A stretch of 63,928 nucleotides of DNA, filler included, from Blastocystis sp. subtype 4 (Eukaryota), in assembly GCF_000743755.1 (NCBI RefSeq). It is 3 parts of 3 records of this genome, joined end to end, with 100 filler letters (N's around TTAATTAATTAA, not from the genome) between each part and the next. Parts side by side here need not be neighbours in the genome. Positions count along the whole stretch, not along the records: positions 21,333 to 47,326 come from NW_014569357.1; 2 more parts are not named here. The stretch is one strand, 5' to 3'. Positions 24,800-40,024 of the stretch are shown in pieces (position 1 is the stretch's first letter; each line of letters begins with the position of its first letter). The notes beneath the pieces are model-generated. The model worked only from the letters and a program-made list of their open reading frames with translations, was not told the origin of the DNA and did no database searches. The translations under genes were made by a program, and so were the position numbers.

Positions 24800-27590
24800 A
24801 TGCAGGGTGCCTCAGCACAGGGTAATTATGATTGTTCAGTCTAATGATTTAGATCCAATCAAATGGGATGATGTTGTTTTCAACGATTCCGACGATGATG
24901 AGCTGATTAGCGTAAGACTGAAGAATTTCGGATTATATAAAGGGAGAAATGAGTGCTTCGCTGAAGATAAGCAAAGGATATCGTGATCCACTCGGAATCG
25001 TTAACGAGTAACTCTCTGTCATTCTGTTCCTCATTATATAGGAGAGTTGATCCTCAGACCGAAGATATTGACTATTCCAGTGAGCAGTTCAATCCTATGC
25101 GTTTCCTTCTTGAAATTCACAACAGTACTAGTCTCCAGGCGTTAGAAAAGGGACTGGAGTATTGTTTCTTGCTAAGTGTTATTTGTAGTTCAATGAGGGG
25201 AACAGTATTAGATGAGGAATCTCGCTTAAAGAAATTGGTGAAGGATTATTTTGGTGATTTTGTAACTGCTCGAAAGACCATTGAAGATCTGGAGAAGACT
25301 CTTTCTGATCCTGCATTTTTTGATAGTGAGGGTCATTTGGTTATGGAGAATGTGAGTTGAATGGATGATTGATGAATCTAGCCAGTAGGAGACACGGTGA
25401 AAATGGCAGAAGACATGATAGCTCCTCTTCAATCTAATCGTGAAGTATCTTTGTGTTTATGCTTTGATTTGTAGAAAATCTATAGTTTGCAGACATCATT
25501 ACAACTCTTCAGAAAATATCGATTGATGTTCCCTACAATTGACAATGTGGAGGAATACTTACGAAGTAAACAATGGGATAAACTCTTGAAGGAGTATCAG
25601 AAATACAAGACAACTATTATGGATAGTAACGAATCGAATATTGTGATTGAGATGGTAATCATATGATTTCTCTGATTCATTGATAGATTAAAACACATAT
25701 GATGAGTTATATTCAGAAGGCTATTGATGAATTACTGTCATTATTATATAATTCAAGCAGTGTGTTGACATCTGAACAGCAGACACATTTTATTAATGTT
25801 GTGATTGGACTGGATTATCCTCATGTTCCTGAGTTGTTTATGATCCAAAATAGTCTTCAAACATGGAAGAATTCAATCATCTTTTATAAGGAGCAACTTT
25901 TGAAGTATAATTGATGAAATGAAATGATTGGATAGTACATGTGAATTAGAACGAATTGATTTGCATGAAGTTAGTAATGAATCTAGTCGTCGTGTAGCTG
26001 TTGGTCTGTTGTTACAATATATGAGAGATCTTAGTAGTAAGTACTTGGAAATATTGAAGAAGTGTATGAATGTGTTGTGTGTATGATTGAATTGATACTA
26101 TCAAGAATAGAGCATGATGAAACGTGTATCGGATTTAACATCAGGTTCCTTATTGAATAAAGGATATGAAATGTAGTGAGTGAAAGTATTAGTGAGATCA
26201 TGAATCATGTTGATACTATGATGACTCTCTATCAACAAGAAGTTGTCTCTGAAAAGAAAAATTATCAGTAGATTGGATGGACGTTTGAGATTGGTTTGAA
26301 TGTTACATCCTTAAAGTCACTTCTCTTTACAACTGAAGACATTTTATCGATGTATGACTCTGCTCATATCGAGATGCAATTATTAGTGAGGAATGAAAGA
26401 TTGAATGATGTGTAGTGTGAGGATGTTTTTGGATCGGTTCGTAAGACTGGTAAGAATGATAAACTGATATGAGAAATAGCTCAGAAAAGTAGCAATACTC
26501 AATTCTTAACTATATTATCAAATATTGAAGTAAAAACCTTTGAATGGCAAATATATAGACCATTCTAACGCAACGACAAGAGCTGGGAGAGTTGATGATT
26601 GTTGATAATTACATCAAATTATCATTCTATTCCATTAATTTGGGTATTTGCCTACATTAGAATGAACTGTAGCTATTACTGGTGTGGAGGTATCAAAAGT
26701 ACTTCTGTCTCCATTTGCAGTGACTCATTCTCTCTCTCATACTCATAATTCTGCTTCTCTTCCTCTTCCTTCCTTCTATCAGCAAATCACACGTTGTTGT
26801 GAAGGGATTGCATTGCATCTTCGACCTTATGTTGACGTGAGGAAATGGTTCATTCTTAACTCTAGCGTGTATCCCCCGTAGTGATGAAGTACTATGTGGA
26901 GACACTCCAAGCTATATTCACTTGTATTCACAATACCATTTCAGACGAGACATCAGTATCCTTACAACTCCTACTTCAACACATTTATACTTATTCGTAT
27001 ATTCGAACGCATCTCATTGAGGAGCCATTGAGCAAATATCCTTTCATTACGAAGGATGCCTCTTTGAAGAAAGTGTATTCTTTGGTGAATTCAACGATCA
27101 CTCATTTCATGGAGGTATATCTCCAACGCAATCAGACTGATCTAATTACTATGCTTCGTCAGGGATATAAGAAGGATTGGGGTCAGTATCGTACGTTACA
27201 GCCATTCCGTACTGATATCGCTTTCTTCTTAACCTCATTGACGTTGGTGAGTGGGGATATCTCTCTGTATATGGGTGTAAAGTGAGGATGTCAATGGTTT
27301 GTGAGTATAGGCCCAAGAAATATTTGCTATCGCTTGAAGATGCTGCATTGCGAGCCCTACTCGAGGAATTCCAGAAGTTACGAAATTTAACAGAATCAGC
27401 TTATTGTCAGCTACTTCTCGAGATTAGGATAATGGAGAAAGCAATGCCTTCGGGACATTATGATACTTTGAGAACTCTTCTCCTGAAGGCATACGGATCA
27501 AGTGCTAGTGAGGAGAGTCTAGCAGTGGTTGATAAGTATGTAGAGGAGGGTTGTTCTAAGATGAAACGTATTATTGATACTTTGAATTGA
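24800..27590 (+). CDS. SEC5: Exocyst complex component Sec5/EXOC2 (many introns)
   Basis: SEQFNPMRFLLEIHNSTSLQALEKGL...LKKLVKDYFGDFVTARKTIEDL is the Sec5 signature; TGTTTGTT at 27595. Confidence 0.8.
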
Positions 27591-27615
27591 TTGTTGTTTG
27601 TTTATAGAATCTTGG

Positions 27616-30600
27616 ATGGATTCGAAGGAAGAGTTTTTGTTGTTTTATGGTATGATTTTGATAGTTAGGTTCGTTCAAGAGACTCAAGACATCAATCTCG
27701 AGGATCCCAAATCCAATCGCTCTCTAAAAGACTCAAATAGACGTATTCGGTTTGTGGATGACATTCCTATAATTAAATCGTCCCAATTCTCACGTCGATT
27801 GAAAGGAGTTGGAATAGGATCGATTTCTTCATCTCTAGGATATCCAATCTACTTGTGATCCTTCGTTAGTTATTGCTGAGTTTCCATATTCTCTGTCCTT
27901 ATCTCCTGATTGTAAATCGGCAGTGACAGTGTCTCTAAAGAAATTATTTATTATAACTGTTTGAAAATTCATTGTTCTACATAATGCTTTATAGATATCG
28001 GAAAACTGTACATGGTCCCTTCAGTGTCAAGATGATTTATCCTTTGACGTGGATGACAGTGTACGCAGAAGAGGAGATGTTCACTGTTGTTGGCTTAGTA
28101 ACGATTCCTTCGTCCTTACAAACAGTTACAATTCTACAGCAATCGTATTGAATAATCTTATTCTCTTATATTTCGATTTATCTTCATTTCAAACGTGTGT
28201 TTCAGAGTGATCTTGTCGTAGCAACTGGAGAACTACTGCTCTATAATTCTCTTGTTGTCTACAATCCTAACCAGTCTCAGGAATGTGATGTAACCTTCTT
28301 TGCACTGAATCAAGATGGTGATCTACTTGTAGCAGATTTCACTCCTTCTGTACATATTCATTCATACTTTCATTTTAGCATCTTCATTCTTTTCGATTTG
28401 ATCCTGTCATTTTGAACGGTAATCGTATCTCCATTAAATCCTTCCTACTACCTCCGTTCCAGATAACACTTTCTTCATCGCAACTACTTATTGCCGGTAC
28501 CATTCGAGGTACTTCGATGCTTCCCGATATCACTGCTCATATTGGTATTGCTTCTCTCACAATCTCAAAATTCTCGGTTTTGGAGTTACCTGTGGTTCAT
28601 ACTCTTGCTGGTAAGATTATCGACAAACCATCTCGATTCAATGGTTCATTCATTCATATTGCCTTATCTCTAGATCTATTTAACCGTCCAAATCCAACAC
28701 AGCAAACAAAGCAGATCTATGTTAAGCAATTGAGTATGAATTCATCGTATACTTGCTTCTCGCTCCTCCTATCTTCTGGTGATGTTTATTCATTTGATGC
28801 AGTAACCTTAAAACGTTTATCTAGCTATCCTCTCGCTGATACAAGCAATATTAGTGATGTGAGCTCATTAGAAGGGTTGAGTGTTATCAATCCTGTTTCT
28901 CTCACTACTATCTGTTGGTGTGGCTGGTGGGATGATCAAACAATGTGTGTAAGTACGTATCAAGGAGATGTTGGGATTCTCTGTGAAGGAGAAGGAGAAT
29001 GGCTAATGTTCAATCCAGGTGTATTGTTAGCTTGTGGTGTCAATAAGGCCAATCGATTTTTGTTAGTTATTGATTCGTTACGTCACTGGATGAAAGATGC
29101 AGAGAAGGAAGTTGTAGTCAGTGATGTGAGTGTTTACACAGTTCGTCAAGTAAGTGCTATTGAGAAGTACCATCATTGTATTGAAACCAAAGAATATGGT
29201 GTTGCAACTTCATTAGCTAAACGCTATGGATTTGATACGGATGAGATGTAGTAGAATAAGTGAATTTATCACATAGATACAAACATCGTTGGGAATGCTT
29301 GATCGAACACTCACTTGTTCTATCATCAGAATCTGATTGTGAAGATCTGTTGAGACACATCAAGGATCTATCATATGTACTGTCAGCTTGTCATTCAGTT
29401 ATTCTTACTGATCGCAATCAGACTATCAATCTTATACGATTTGGTCTTTCTCTCTGTAATTCATATCTCAAATCTCATGGTTATTATTCTTGCCCCTCAG
29501 ATCATGACAATGACACATTATCACTATGTCATTGTGATCACTACTCCTATTCTGTCCTGGATTTGCAGAAGGATTCATTGTTATTGGAAGTTGTATTGAG
29601 GAAGTTTCAATTCACTGTAGAACTCCTCAAAATGCGTCTTTACAAGGCTATTCTGACTACAAGTTCTCGTGGACTGAATTCTTATGATTGGAGAGAATTT
29701 GAGAATCGATTCGTACAACGAAGAATCATTGATACAATACACGAATACGCTGAAGAAGGTGATACACAAGCGTTGCGACAGATCCTTTGTTACTGCCCTC
29801 AGTGTTTTCTTCCGTATCGTTATGAAATCCTATCTGTTCTTCCTCTGGTTACTGAACCCAGTGACTATTTTGATTTGTTGCCTTCTTGTCGAAGTCCTTA
29901 TCGAGAGGGTTGGTATGAATGGCAACAGGGAACAGAGACTCATTCACTGAATCTCCTTGATTCCTCTGCTGTGAATTGGTTGGAGAAGCGAGAGATTGTC
30001 AAAGCTCTTCTTGAATACGTGAGTATCTCTCAGGAGTTTTCATATCCTAGTCATCAGAAGGAGCTTCAGATCCAACACTCCAGGAGTGGAGTGAGTGTTA
30101 TCAGAGCATCTCTTCTTCATCATGTTCTCTCTCTTTTATCTTCCCTTATTTCTAGTACAACAAGCCTCAATGGAAGGATTGGCTTCATGGATCAAACAGC
30201 GTTGTCTTGAGATTGATACTCAAACTGGACTACTGCAGCTGGCCTTAGAACTCACACGACGAGCCTTATCAGGCCCTCTGATCACAGCTGAAGAATCCAT
30301 TCGCTCTGAATTCACCAATCTTGAGAACAAGGAGGAATTGTTATCTCTCTATCTTACTCATGCTCAGGAGCTGGATGTCTCAACAGAACTGTTGATTGAA
30401 GATGATGTGACCACACTCTCGTTGTCCTCCTGGCTGGCTCTATCTCCATTAGAACTCTTGCAACGACTCCTGAGTGTGGGTGGAGGAGATATTGCCACAC
30501 TGGCTAGATCTCTCACACAAAGTGAGAAACTAACGCATGACCAAATTCAAGGTTATTTATGTCAGTCCCAAAAGGTGGATACTTTTATCGGTTATTGTGA

Positions 30601-33600
30601 CTATTACATTACTGAGGTGTTGCCGAATGATAACAAATCCGAAGCAGTAACCTTTGCCACGTTTGTGTTAACGATGTGTTATCAGCCATCTCAGAGAAAT
30701 GAATGGCAAACACATGAGTGTGTGGAGTGTTTGCTGAAGTGTCTGAGAATGATTGAGAATCATTCTCAGATCTCTCATGAGGACGATTTGATGAATCAAG
30801 TAAAGGAATGTGAGCGAGTCTTATTATGTGTTCAAGAAGCAGAAATAATTCATGATTATCATAATTGTAGTATACTTCAAATCCGGGATTGGATGCGAGA
30901 AGATTCATTATGGGTTTCATCTCATAAGGAGTCACAATGTTCAGTTCTCTCTCTGAGTGATTTATATTCCTTATTGAAACGCCCTTCTATACAATATTTG
31001 CAAGCAATTGCTTCTTATCAATTGAAGTACATGACTGCATCCTCTGTGATTCATCATCTTCAAACACTCTTACAAAAATCCTTCCAATTTTTGCCATCTG
31101 ATTGTCTCCCATATTTTTTACTTTCTGTGCTTCTTCAAGTGGGTACAAATGATTCACTGAATACAGTAACACGTCTAACAGAGAATCTCCGAAAAGACTT
31201 CATTCAGGAGACAGTTCTTCAAGTGGTACAAGATTCAATTCTCTCTCTGAATAGGTGATTCATCTCTCATTCCATTATTCGTAGTCTGGATGATCACATA
31301 CTGACTCGTACTCAATCATACATCAACATGTTGAACACTCCAACTCATACTTTAACCGATTATGAGAACTATTGTAGTTATTGAAACTATTGTTAATCAT
31401 AGTAACCACTCTTCTCTTACTTTCACATCATACTCCTTCTCTCGTTCCCTTAGAACTCTCCATTATCATCAAACAATCTAATGATTGTCATCCTGAATTG
31501 CAGAAATCGACACTGTTTTTGGATAGCCTTGAGAATCAACAGTCACTGAACATACGACCTGCCCAGTATCTCCTTGAACAGAAACCTGATTTCTTCACTC
31601 TCTCCAATAGCTACAGTGCTGATAATAGTCTCTATTTGTGTCATATTCTTACTGATTTGGGAATGAACCAATACTCCATAATTACTGTATATTTTTGTAA
31701 TTCCAATGATTGATAGTGCTTTGCTGATTTCATCCAACAAGCCCTCCAAATGAAGAAAAAACCCTACTATTTGTGGCATTTGAGTTATGTGATTTCTCAG
31801 CCTCAACTTGCATCATTATTGTCTGAAGCGCAGATTGCCTCTCTTGGAGAACTCTGCTTGTGTGTTTGTGAAGAGGTGGTCAATCAGGACTCTGTGAAAG
31901 GTTCTTGGAATTCCAGAATTCCAGACTATTTCCAGTAGGAAGAAAGTCCCGCAATTCAGAGTAGATTTGCCTTACATCATGTGTCGACTTCTCTACTTCA
32001 ACGTCTCACGGTCTGCTATGATATCTTTGAACGATCCAGTCTTCAGAGTCCTACCATCTCTCCAGAGACGCTCTTGAAACAAGTCAAGTTCCTTCCAGAG
32101 GATGTGATGCAAGCACCTTATCCAAGCATTGATAAACGGTTCAATGATGATTGGTTCTATGAATGGCTGAATACACATGATTCCAATCATGAGACTGTCA
32201 TTCGAGAGGTTCTACAGAGTTGGAAGCAGAACCGTGGAAATCTTTCGGATTCATTGAAGACGGTGTTTTCTGTGCTGGAACTCAGTGTATCTGGATGCAA
32301 AGGAAACGATTTTCTGCTTCAATTCTTACTCCATACCTCCCTACAGAATACCAATGAAATTCTAACTTGGGTGTGTGAGAATGAAACTGTCACAGTGGCT
32401 ACATTGAAATTATTCTGTGAATGGCAGCAACTATGTGGTTGTATTTGGTCAGAGCATTCTCTGAATGTAACAGAGAAGGAGATTACAGCCTGGTGTAATG
32501 ATAATTTGGCAGAATGTTCACTTGTTTACAAGAGGTTATGTATCTATGAAGAATTAGCAGCCGAAGAACCATTCTCTATACCATCCTGCTTCCGTGATTC
32601 GAGTTATGACTATCAAGTAATCACACATCACTTAACATGTCGATATAAGAAACAAAACCAGCTTGCAATCGATCTTCTTCAGTTGTATCCAATAGGGATC
32701 ATTTATTCTCTCTATGAGAGTCGTATTCGAGTTGTCATTACTCGTAAGATTGATCGACAAGATGAATGAATAGGAATGACTGAATCACCGGAGAAGCGAT
32801 TGGAACAACTCCAGTACGGAGGTGTATGGGAGTTCCTGCAGACACAAAACCCCGAACGATATCACGAGTATCTATATGAGCTTCTCATTGATGCTCATCC
32901 ATTGGCTCCGGATGCCTTGATGTTGTTACTGAGAGAAATTCAGAGACTGGAGCCTGATCAAAGAGAAGTGGTTGAGGTGGTGATTGGAGTCGTGAATTTG
33001 TTGGATGAGTTGGAAACAATCATCGATGTACGCGATTGTCTTCAGTTATCTGAAATGAGTCCTTTTTCATACACTCCAAAAACAGAGGAGATAATGCAAT
33101 TAGTTCGAGATCATGCGACAAAGGAGAATCTCCCCATCTGGATACGAGTTTGTGAGGCAGTTTCATTGAATTCACAAGACTGTGTGAAGGAGTTCATTGT
33201 CAAGCAACTTCAAGATCCGACAGGTAAGGAATGATAGAGAGATTGAAGAATAGAGACGAATTGGGAAGTGAAATGGGAGAATGTGAAGGAGTTCTGGAAG
33301 CTTCTATCAGCAGATGTGTGTAATGAGATCACCAACTCTGTATTCTTCAACAAGGAATACGAAGGGATTTATCACAAGAGTTTCTTGGTAATTCGTCAAA
33401 ACTGGATTCAAACCATGATTCATCTAGCTCCTTCTTCAATGAGTATTACTCTATACAAACGTATGAAGGCATGTCAAAGTGTCTCCCAAATGGCCATTCA
33501 GGAAGATACAAAGGAGATATTGGAAAGGAGTCGAAATGGTGTAACTTCACCTATCCCTCTGAATGAACATTATTCAAATCTTCTTCTGTTTGAACAGAAT

Positions 33601-35086
33601 GCGGAGAAGAGTATTGAAGAGTTGATAGAACTTGCTGTGAAAGATGGATTGAAGATTCAAGAGATTCTGTTGGCTTTGCATCTGCTTGAGAAGGCCTATC
33701 AAATGAATACTACGGATTGTGTGACAAATTATCTCAAGAAACGAATCACGTTGTATGTACAAGAAGAGACCGAGTCTCTACAAACAGTCAGTGAGTGGTT
33801 AATGGAGTGGATAAGCGACTTGTTCTTGCATGAGAAGCCACTATTGAAGGAATGCCTTCAAACCATGCAATCTTCATTACAATCACTCTATCCATCATGT
33901 GAGTCAGACTCCACAAGACTCTCATTGCAGAGTCTCTGTCAAGCCATCCTTTTCATCACTACGACACAAAGTGTGGAAGATCGTTCACTTACTCTAACTC
34001 TCACTACGATCATCAGTACATGTATCACCAACGGTCAGATCTCACTTACATTCTCGTCACTTGAATCTCTTGCTAATTCACTTATCGAGCTCCTAACTGA
34101 AACTAATTCTCAATCCTATCTTCCTCTCATTCATACTGTTGAAATTCTATTAGAGAGACTAGTCATTCCATCTTCATATACTTCACTCCTTCCATCAATC
34201 ACTCTATGTGATATGTTGCCTCTCTTCACACAATCACAAGCCATCCTTGCATATGCTTATCGTCACTCATTCTTCGATGCTCTCGCTCTATCTCGTACTC
34301 ATGCACTCACTTCGCATTCGTCTCATCAATTCCTCTCCTTTATTGTTCGATCCAGCTGTCAGGAACTTCAATCTCAACTCTGCCATTCAGCTATTGCTAC
34401 TCTTCTCCGAATCGATCATCCAGTTGAGGCCTTCTTCTTCATATTGAGTCCACTCTTCGTATTGTTTCATTCTTTCACTTATTCTCTAGTCAGTATCACA
34501 TACTCAGGCTCTTTCTCTGATGGATATGATCCCCAGCTCATCACAATGGAGAAGTCTCCTATCAATTGCTTTTGGTTGTCGGGGTATAATTGAGAAGGAG
34601 GAGATATCATTGAATACCATGAATAGTTCCGATTCTGTGTTCTTTTTACTCATTCTGGATCAGTTTGATATTCTTCTTCAAGACGAGAATTATCCCTTCT
34701 TTGTGAGTTTTATGAAAGAAATAGGTGTTGAAGTGAATAATTCTCATCCTTTATGTCCAACAGAGACACATTTAGAGAATGCAGATGCTCTCCCATTTCT
34801 TCTCTCCTATCCATTCGTTTTATGCGAGCTTGTTATGTCAAATCGTGTGAAAGAAGCTGTTCGATTGTGGTGCGATGTTCTTGGTTGTCAAGCAGATCTT
34901 GTTCAAGGAATGTAGGTATAGGCATAGTGAATCAGAAATAGGAGTCAAATTCAATCGTTTCTTCAACATATGACTGATTGCGATTTAAATATAGTAGGAG
35001 ACATATCACTAGGTTGGAGTCTATCTACAATCACTTTTTCTGAGGTTGAACATGTGATTGAAGAGAAATATGGACTTTATTGGTAA
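27616..35086 (+). CDS. NBAS: NBAS/Sec39 (MIP2-like) ER-tethering subunit
   Basis: Beta-rich N-terminus; EYGVATSLAKRYGFDTDEM|YKHRW; EYAEEGDTQALRQIL...RYEILSVLPLVTEPSDYFDLLP; WIKQRCLEIDTQTGLLQLALEL. Exon structure approximate. Confidence 0.8.
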
Positions 35087-35252
35087 CGTTATGCATTTGA
35101 TTTGTTTCTTTCCATCACTCAATAATCAATGATTAACAACAGAAGCATCTCTCACCGCCAAAAAGAGAAACAATTATGTCAATTCCATTTTCCTCTCTTG
35201 CTTCCATTTGAAGCCCAATTTGCGTCTGGATTGACTATTCCTCTTTGATATA

Positions 35253-35751
35253 ATGGAGAGAAGCTCATTGATGCGAATTGTGAACGTTCTGCGTTACAAT
35301 AGCCCTTCAAAGAGGCAAATCCGTAGACTAGCTGGAAGACCGAAGTCTCTGAACAAGAAAGCTGCTGTTGTTGAAGCAATGCCCCCAGAACCCATCAAAT
35401 ACACAACAAAGGAAGAAGCTCCTTTTGCTGTGACTCTTCCAGTCCTTGATAATCTTCTAGGTTACACGAACTACGCTTGGTAAGAATCTTCCTGTTTATT
35501 CGGGTAGAGTTTGGGATGGTCATTGAGTTTTTAGAATTCCGAAACAACCGATCAAGGCGACTCACGATCGTGAGGCGAATCGAAGGAGATATTAATGTAC
35601 TTCTTTTGAGTAGAATCAACTCTAGGAAATGGCCAACGAACTTCAAAAGGTGTGTTCAGGGAGTGAGATTGAAATTCACAATGGTAGTATTCATGTAGAA
35701 GGTAATCGCGGAAACGAGGTTCGTAAGTGGCTCCAGGATATGGGTTTCTAA
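35253..35751 (+). CDS. MRPL49: Mitochondrial ribosomal protein mL49/Img2
   Basis: Basic presequence-like N-terminus; LTIVRRIEGDIN|EMANEL...IHVEGNRGNEVRKWLQDMGF*. TGTTTGTT at 35771. Confidence 0.8.
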
Positions 35752-35837
35752 TCGTTTATTTATCTTATTGTGTTTGTTAATCTCTGGTTTCTATCGTTTC
35801 CACGATTATTCATTTCTTTGTCATACTTGTCTTTGGA

Positions 35838-37028
35838 ATGGACCTTGGTCTTGCAAATACGAAAAGTCAGTTAATTGCGTATTTGATTGTATTGACCCCC
35901 ATTTGTAGTCAATCAGTTATTCAACCGCTCCATGATGAATCTACGGATGCTCAGGACGATATTTATATTGTGATAAATCAATTTTCCGTTTATCCTTAGC
36001 TTTTTGCAGTTCCAGACCAGAAGGGTATTGTGGAGTATCTCTTCAAGGAATGTATTAAATCTCTCAAAGGAAAGAGGACTGTGAGGATTATGACCATCGA
36101 TGAGTACAAAACCCTTGTTTCCAACACAATAACAGAAGTGGAGTTCGAAGATGATGAAGATATTGGTTTCATGGCTTGGGATTTTTTTGATAATCTTGGT
36201 CCTTACCGAGATGATACGATTCTTGTGTATTCACACACTCTTGATAGTACCCAGACTTTCTTGAACGAACACTGTGTTGGCTATCAGAATATCGTTTGTT
36301 CGACGGATATCCAGACAGCAGGAAAAGGTTTATGCATTTCAATTCAGTGACACTTAGGTAGGAAATCCAATTCCTGGGTGTCACCTGTTGGCTGCTTAAT
36401 GTTCTCGTACAAGAGTATGCTTCAGAATAGTGAGTATGTTGGGTTGATGCAGTATTTAGAAGCCTTAGTAATGTGTGATGCTTTGCAAGAGATGAATGAA
36501 GCATCTAAGATTGATATCAACATCAAATGGCCCAATGATGTGTATGTCAACAAGAAGACAAAAATCTGTGGTATCATGTGTCAGTCAGTCTATACGAATG
36601 GAGTATTTGATATCACATCTGGGATTGGCATTAACATTAGTAATCGCAAGCCAACAACCTGTATTGAGCATGAAGTGAAGGAAATAACTGGAGAAACCGT
36701 TCATTTATCACGGTCTGAGATATATCCCCATTTCATCTATAGAGCTGAGTTGTTAGGTCGTTACATTCGTATCTGGAATCGATGTTTCCTGCGGTTCAGT
36801 AAAGAGGGATTCAAACCATTTATTGAACATTATTATTCGAAGTGGCTTCACACGAATCAAGCTGTCAATGTAGTTAATGACAAGGGAGGATATGACTCTG
36901 TAATCATAAAGGGAATCGGAGAGACTGGCTATCTTATTGCTGTGGATGCGAATGGAAACACTTTAGAACTTCTTCCAGATGGAAATACTTTCAATTTCCT
37001 GGAAGGATTGATTTCAAAGAAGAAATAA
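35838..37028 (+). CDS. Biotin-protein ligase (holocarboxylase synthetase)
   Basis: LDSTQ, IQTAGKG, WVSPVGCLMFS, IKWPNDVY, KICGIM, GIGIN, LLPDGNTFNFLEGLI. TGTTTGTT at 37036. Confidence 0.92.
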
Positions 37029-37073
37029 CGTCTCTTGTTTGTTCTCTCTCCTGACTCTTTCTCATCAAACACT

Positions 37074-39993
37074 TCAAATGACAATACTACACACAGAAAC
37101 ACTTTCAAAACTGTTCATCTTATCCCATTCTAATCCTGTCAATATCACTTCTGCAGCCTTCTCATTGTTCCCTAGAAGTTCCAGAACTCTGCCCCATAGC
37201 TCCCATGCACTTGTAATACGCTGATCTCGTTGAATTACTCCACGCAACACTTGATCAGCAGCAAGGAGTTGTTTCGTACAAGCATGTTCACGCATTAGTA
37301 AGGCATCTAACGTAGAATCATCTTCACTCTCCATCTGAGAGATCTCATTCAACTACCTCTCACAACACTCTTCTTCTCATACAATTTCAATTGCTTCATC
37401 AACTAACACACCTGCTTCTAGAATCTCTGTTTCGATCAACTCAGGCATATAGAACTTCGATTCTTTTAGTAATCTTTCTGCTTCTTCTCGCTTTCCTTCA
37501 AGAAGAAGAAGTCGTACTCGCTATTCATCACTTCTCTCATTCATCATCACCTCATTCCATACACGAACACGAGTCAACAGATTCCTTTCAGAATCACCTT
37601 CAAGTAATTGAAGGATCTTAGAGGATTCATTACTCAACCCCAGAGATGAATATGCACGACAACAGAACAACAAACAATCAACAATCAAAGAAGGAGAGTT
37701 CCCTATTCTCACTTCCTCAAACTCTCCCTTATCTTCAACAGATTCACTCTCTCCTGTTGGTCGTACTCTTCGTAATAGAGATTCCTGAGGTCAAGGGACT
37801 TCTATTCACTTTCATAAGGATATTATCGCACCTAGTGCCTCATGAGCTTCATAACTGAACATCATCTTACACTCCATCAATCTACATCTCATCCATCCTC
37901 TCTTCTATCACCTCAAACCCAAAGAATCTCCAATAGCTTGACGACCTCGTCTCACCAGTTCCATTGAGGAATCATAACCATTCACAGGATAGTTCAATAA
38001 CACTAACAGCTCCCATCCTGGTTCACAAAGAAGGGAGTATGACGAAGCAATGATTCCAGAACAGAAATCGCTTCATTCATACATCCCTCTTCACCATAAG
38101 CCACAGCCAGATTGTATTCAATGTACTGATTTGGAATTGTGAGCTTGTGAGAGATAGTTCACACTCTCACTCTCATTCTCATTCTCTATCATCATTCTTA
38201 CCAATAGTTCTTTCCGACGAGAGAAGAATGGCGAACTTCGAGCTTCCAACAGATTACACACACCCAACAAATGGAATGCTTGAGAAATCATCATACTTCG
38301 AGTCTCCTTCTGAACCACTAATGAAGCAAAACTGATTTCAACTCAATCATACACATCTTACTGACGACAATCATCAACTCGATTCAAATGACTCAGACAT
38401 ACACGAGCTGAGAACAATAGTACCATTGACATATCCACTTCCTCTGTATTCTCTTCATCACTTCCATACTCTGATACTCAATTCTCTTCCTTCAACCATA
38501 CCTTCAAGATCTCGAAGACAATTCTGAAGAGCCTGTAAACATAACACATATTGATGATTCTGATAGTTCATATGACTAATCAGATACCACAATAATGCAC
38601 TATGACCTAGAAACTGAAGTACTCTCTCCAAATACTAATCCTAATTCTTCTATTCTTCACTCACTTCTACTCCTTCCTTCAACAGATTCGCTTCATAATA
38701 AGCTTCATATGCCAATTTGCTAATCTCCAACACCTTACTAACACTTCCAATCTCAGACAACTCATCTCGAAGAAGCAACAATAACAATAATGCTTCTTCT
38801 ACAGCAGTCTCAGGGACTTGACCTTGTTGTTCAGATGAAATCTCTGATGATGAAACTTCCCCTGAATCCATTGAAACTGTTACTGGAGGATAACAAGGAG
38901 AATTGTGAAGAACATGAATGAGAAGATCTGTGTATCGCTGAAGTAAATCCAGATAATAAGGAGTAGGAAAAGGTGAACAAGGAAAACGACCTGCAGTACT
39001 CAGGAACACACGATATGTCTCCACTGCCACAGACACAGAAGAATGAGAGAGAAAGTACTGAGGTAACTGAGTAGACACAATATAAACAATCGATGAATCA
39101 AAACGAGGGACTTCTTGAAGTACAGCAAAAGGAGATGACTGTATATCAATCCAGTAATCATATCTACTGTGTTCAATACAAATTTGCTATATTGAGTCAG
39201 AATCTCCCACATCTTCAATAATAGTCCCTCACTTCGATCTCTTGACATCTCTTCATTATGCTGACTTGCATCACAACCCAGAGCTAATGCCACACAAATC
39301 AACACAGTTTCATATCTATTCTTCATTCTCTTTATCATCATTTACGGAGAGAAGTGTAAGAGTGCTTCATGATCAGAAGACAGATCCAATTTATCAATCA
39401 CCTTCCAACCTTCTCTCTCAACATTGTATTCTTCTTCCTCTTCTTCTTCAGAATTATCATCTTCTTCTAACTCTTCATCTGGTGTCATAGGAGTGATTTC
39501 ATCTGTTGACATTATCGCTTGAGCTTGTGCCTTCAGTTTGTTGATGTTCTTCTTCACATTCGTTGTGAAGGATTCTCTAAAAGTCAATTCTAACACATAT
39601 CATCACTTCATTTCACTAAACAGATTATTGTTCTTTGGATAACGACTACGATTCAATTGAATAATCGTTGCCAAGGCCACTGCATCCTAAGAATCAATCC
39701 CATTCCAGGNATGTTTCCAAGCACTTCCTTCTTTGCCTCGTTTGCTTATTGAATGATCTGCTTTCACCTGATATCTCATTCATTCAACAACACAATCACA
39801 CAGTTTCTCCATATGCTACACGTTCTTCTTCACTTTTGTAACGAGAAGTGAACTCTTTCTTTTGTTTCAATAATCGAATATACTGCTTGTGTTGTTTCTT
39901 CACATCATCCCATTTCCCATCTTGACGTAGCGAATCAATACAATCCTATTCATTAATCTCTTCTTCTGATAGATATACTTCTAATGTTTTCAT
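37074..39993 (-). CDS. TTC7: TTC7/Ypp1-like TPR protein (PI4KA complex subunit)
   Basis: N-terminus MKTLE|DCIDSLRQDGKWDDV and C-terminus ADQVLRGVIQRD...AWELWGRVLELLGNNEKAAEVILTGLEWD resemble TTC7 termini. Confidence 0.7.
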
Positions 39994-40024
39994 TCGAATT
40001 TGAACGAAATCAAGATTGGTTAGA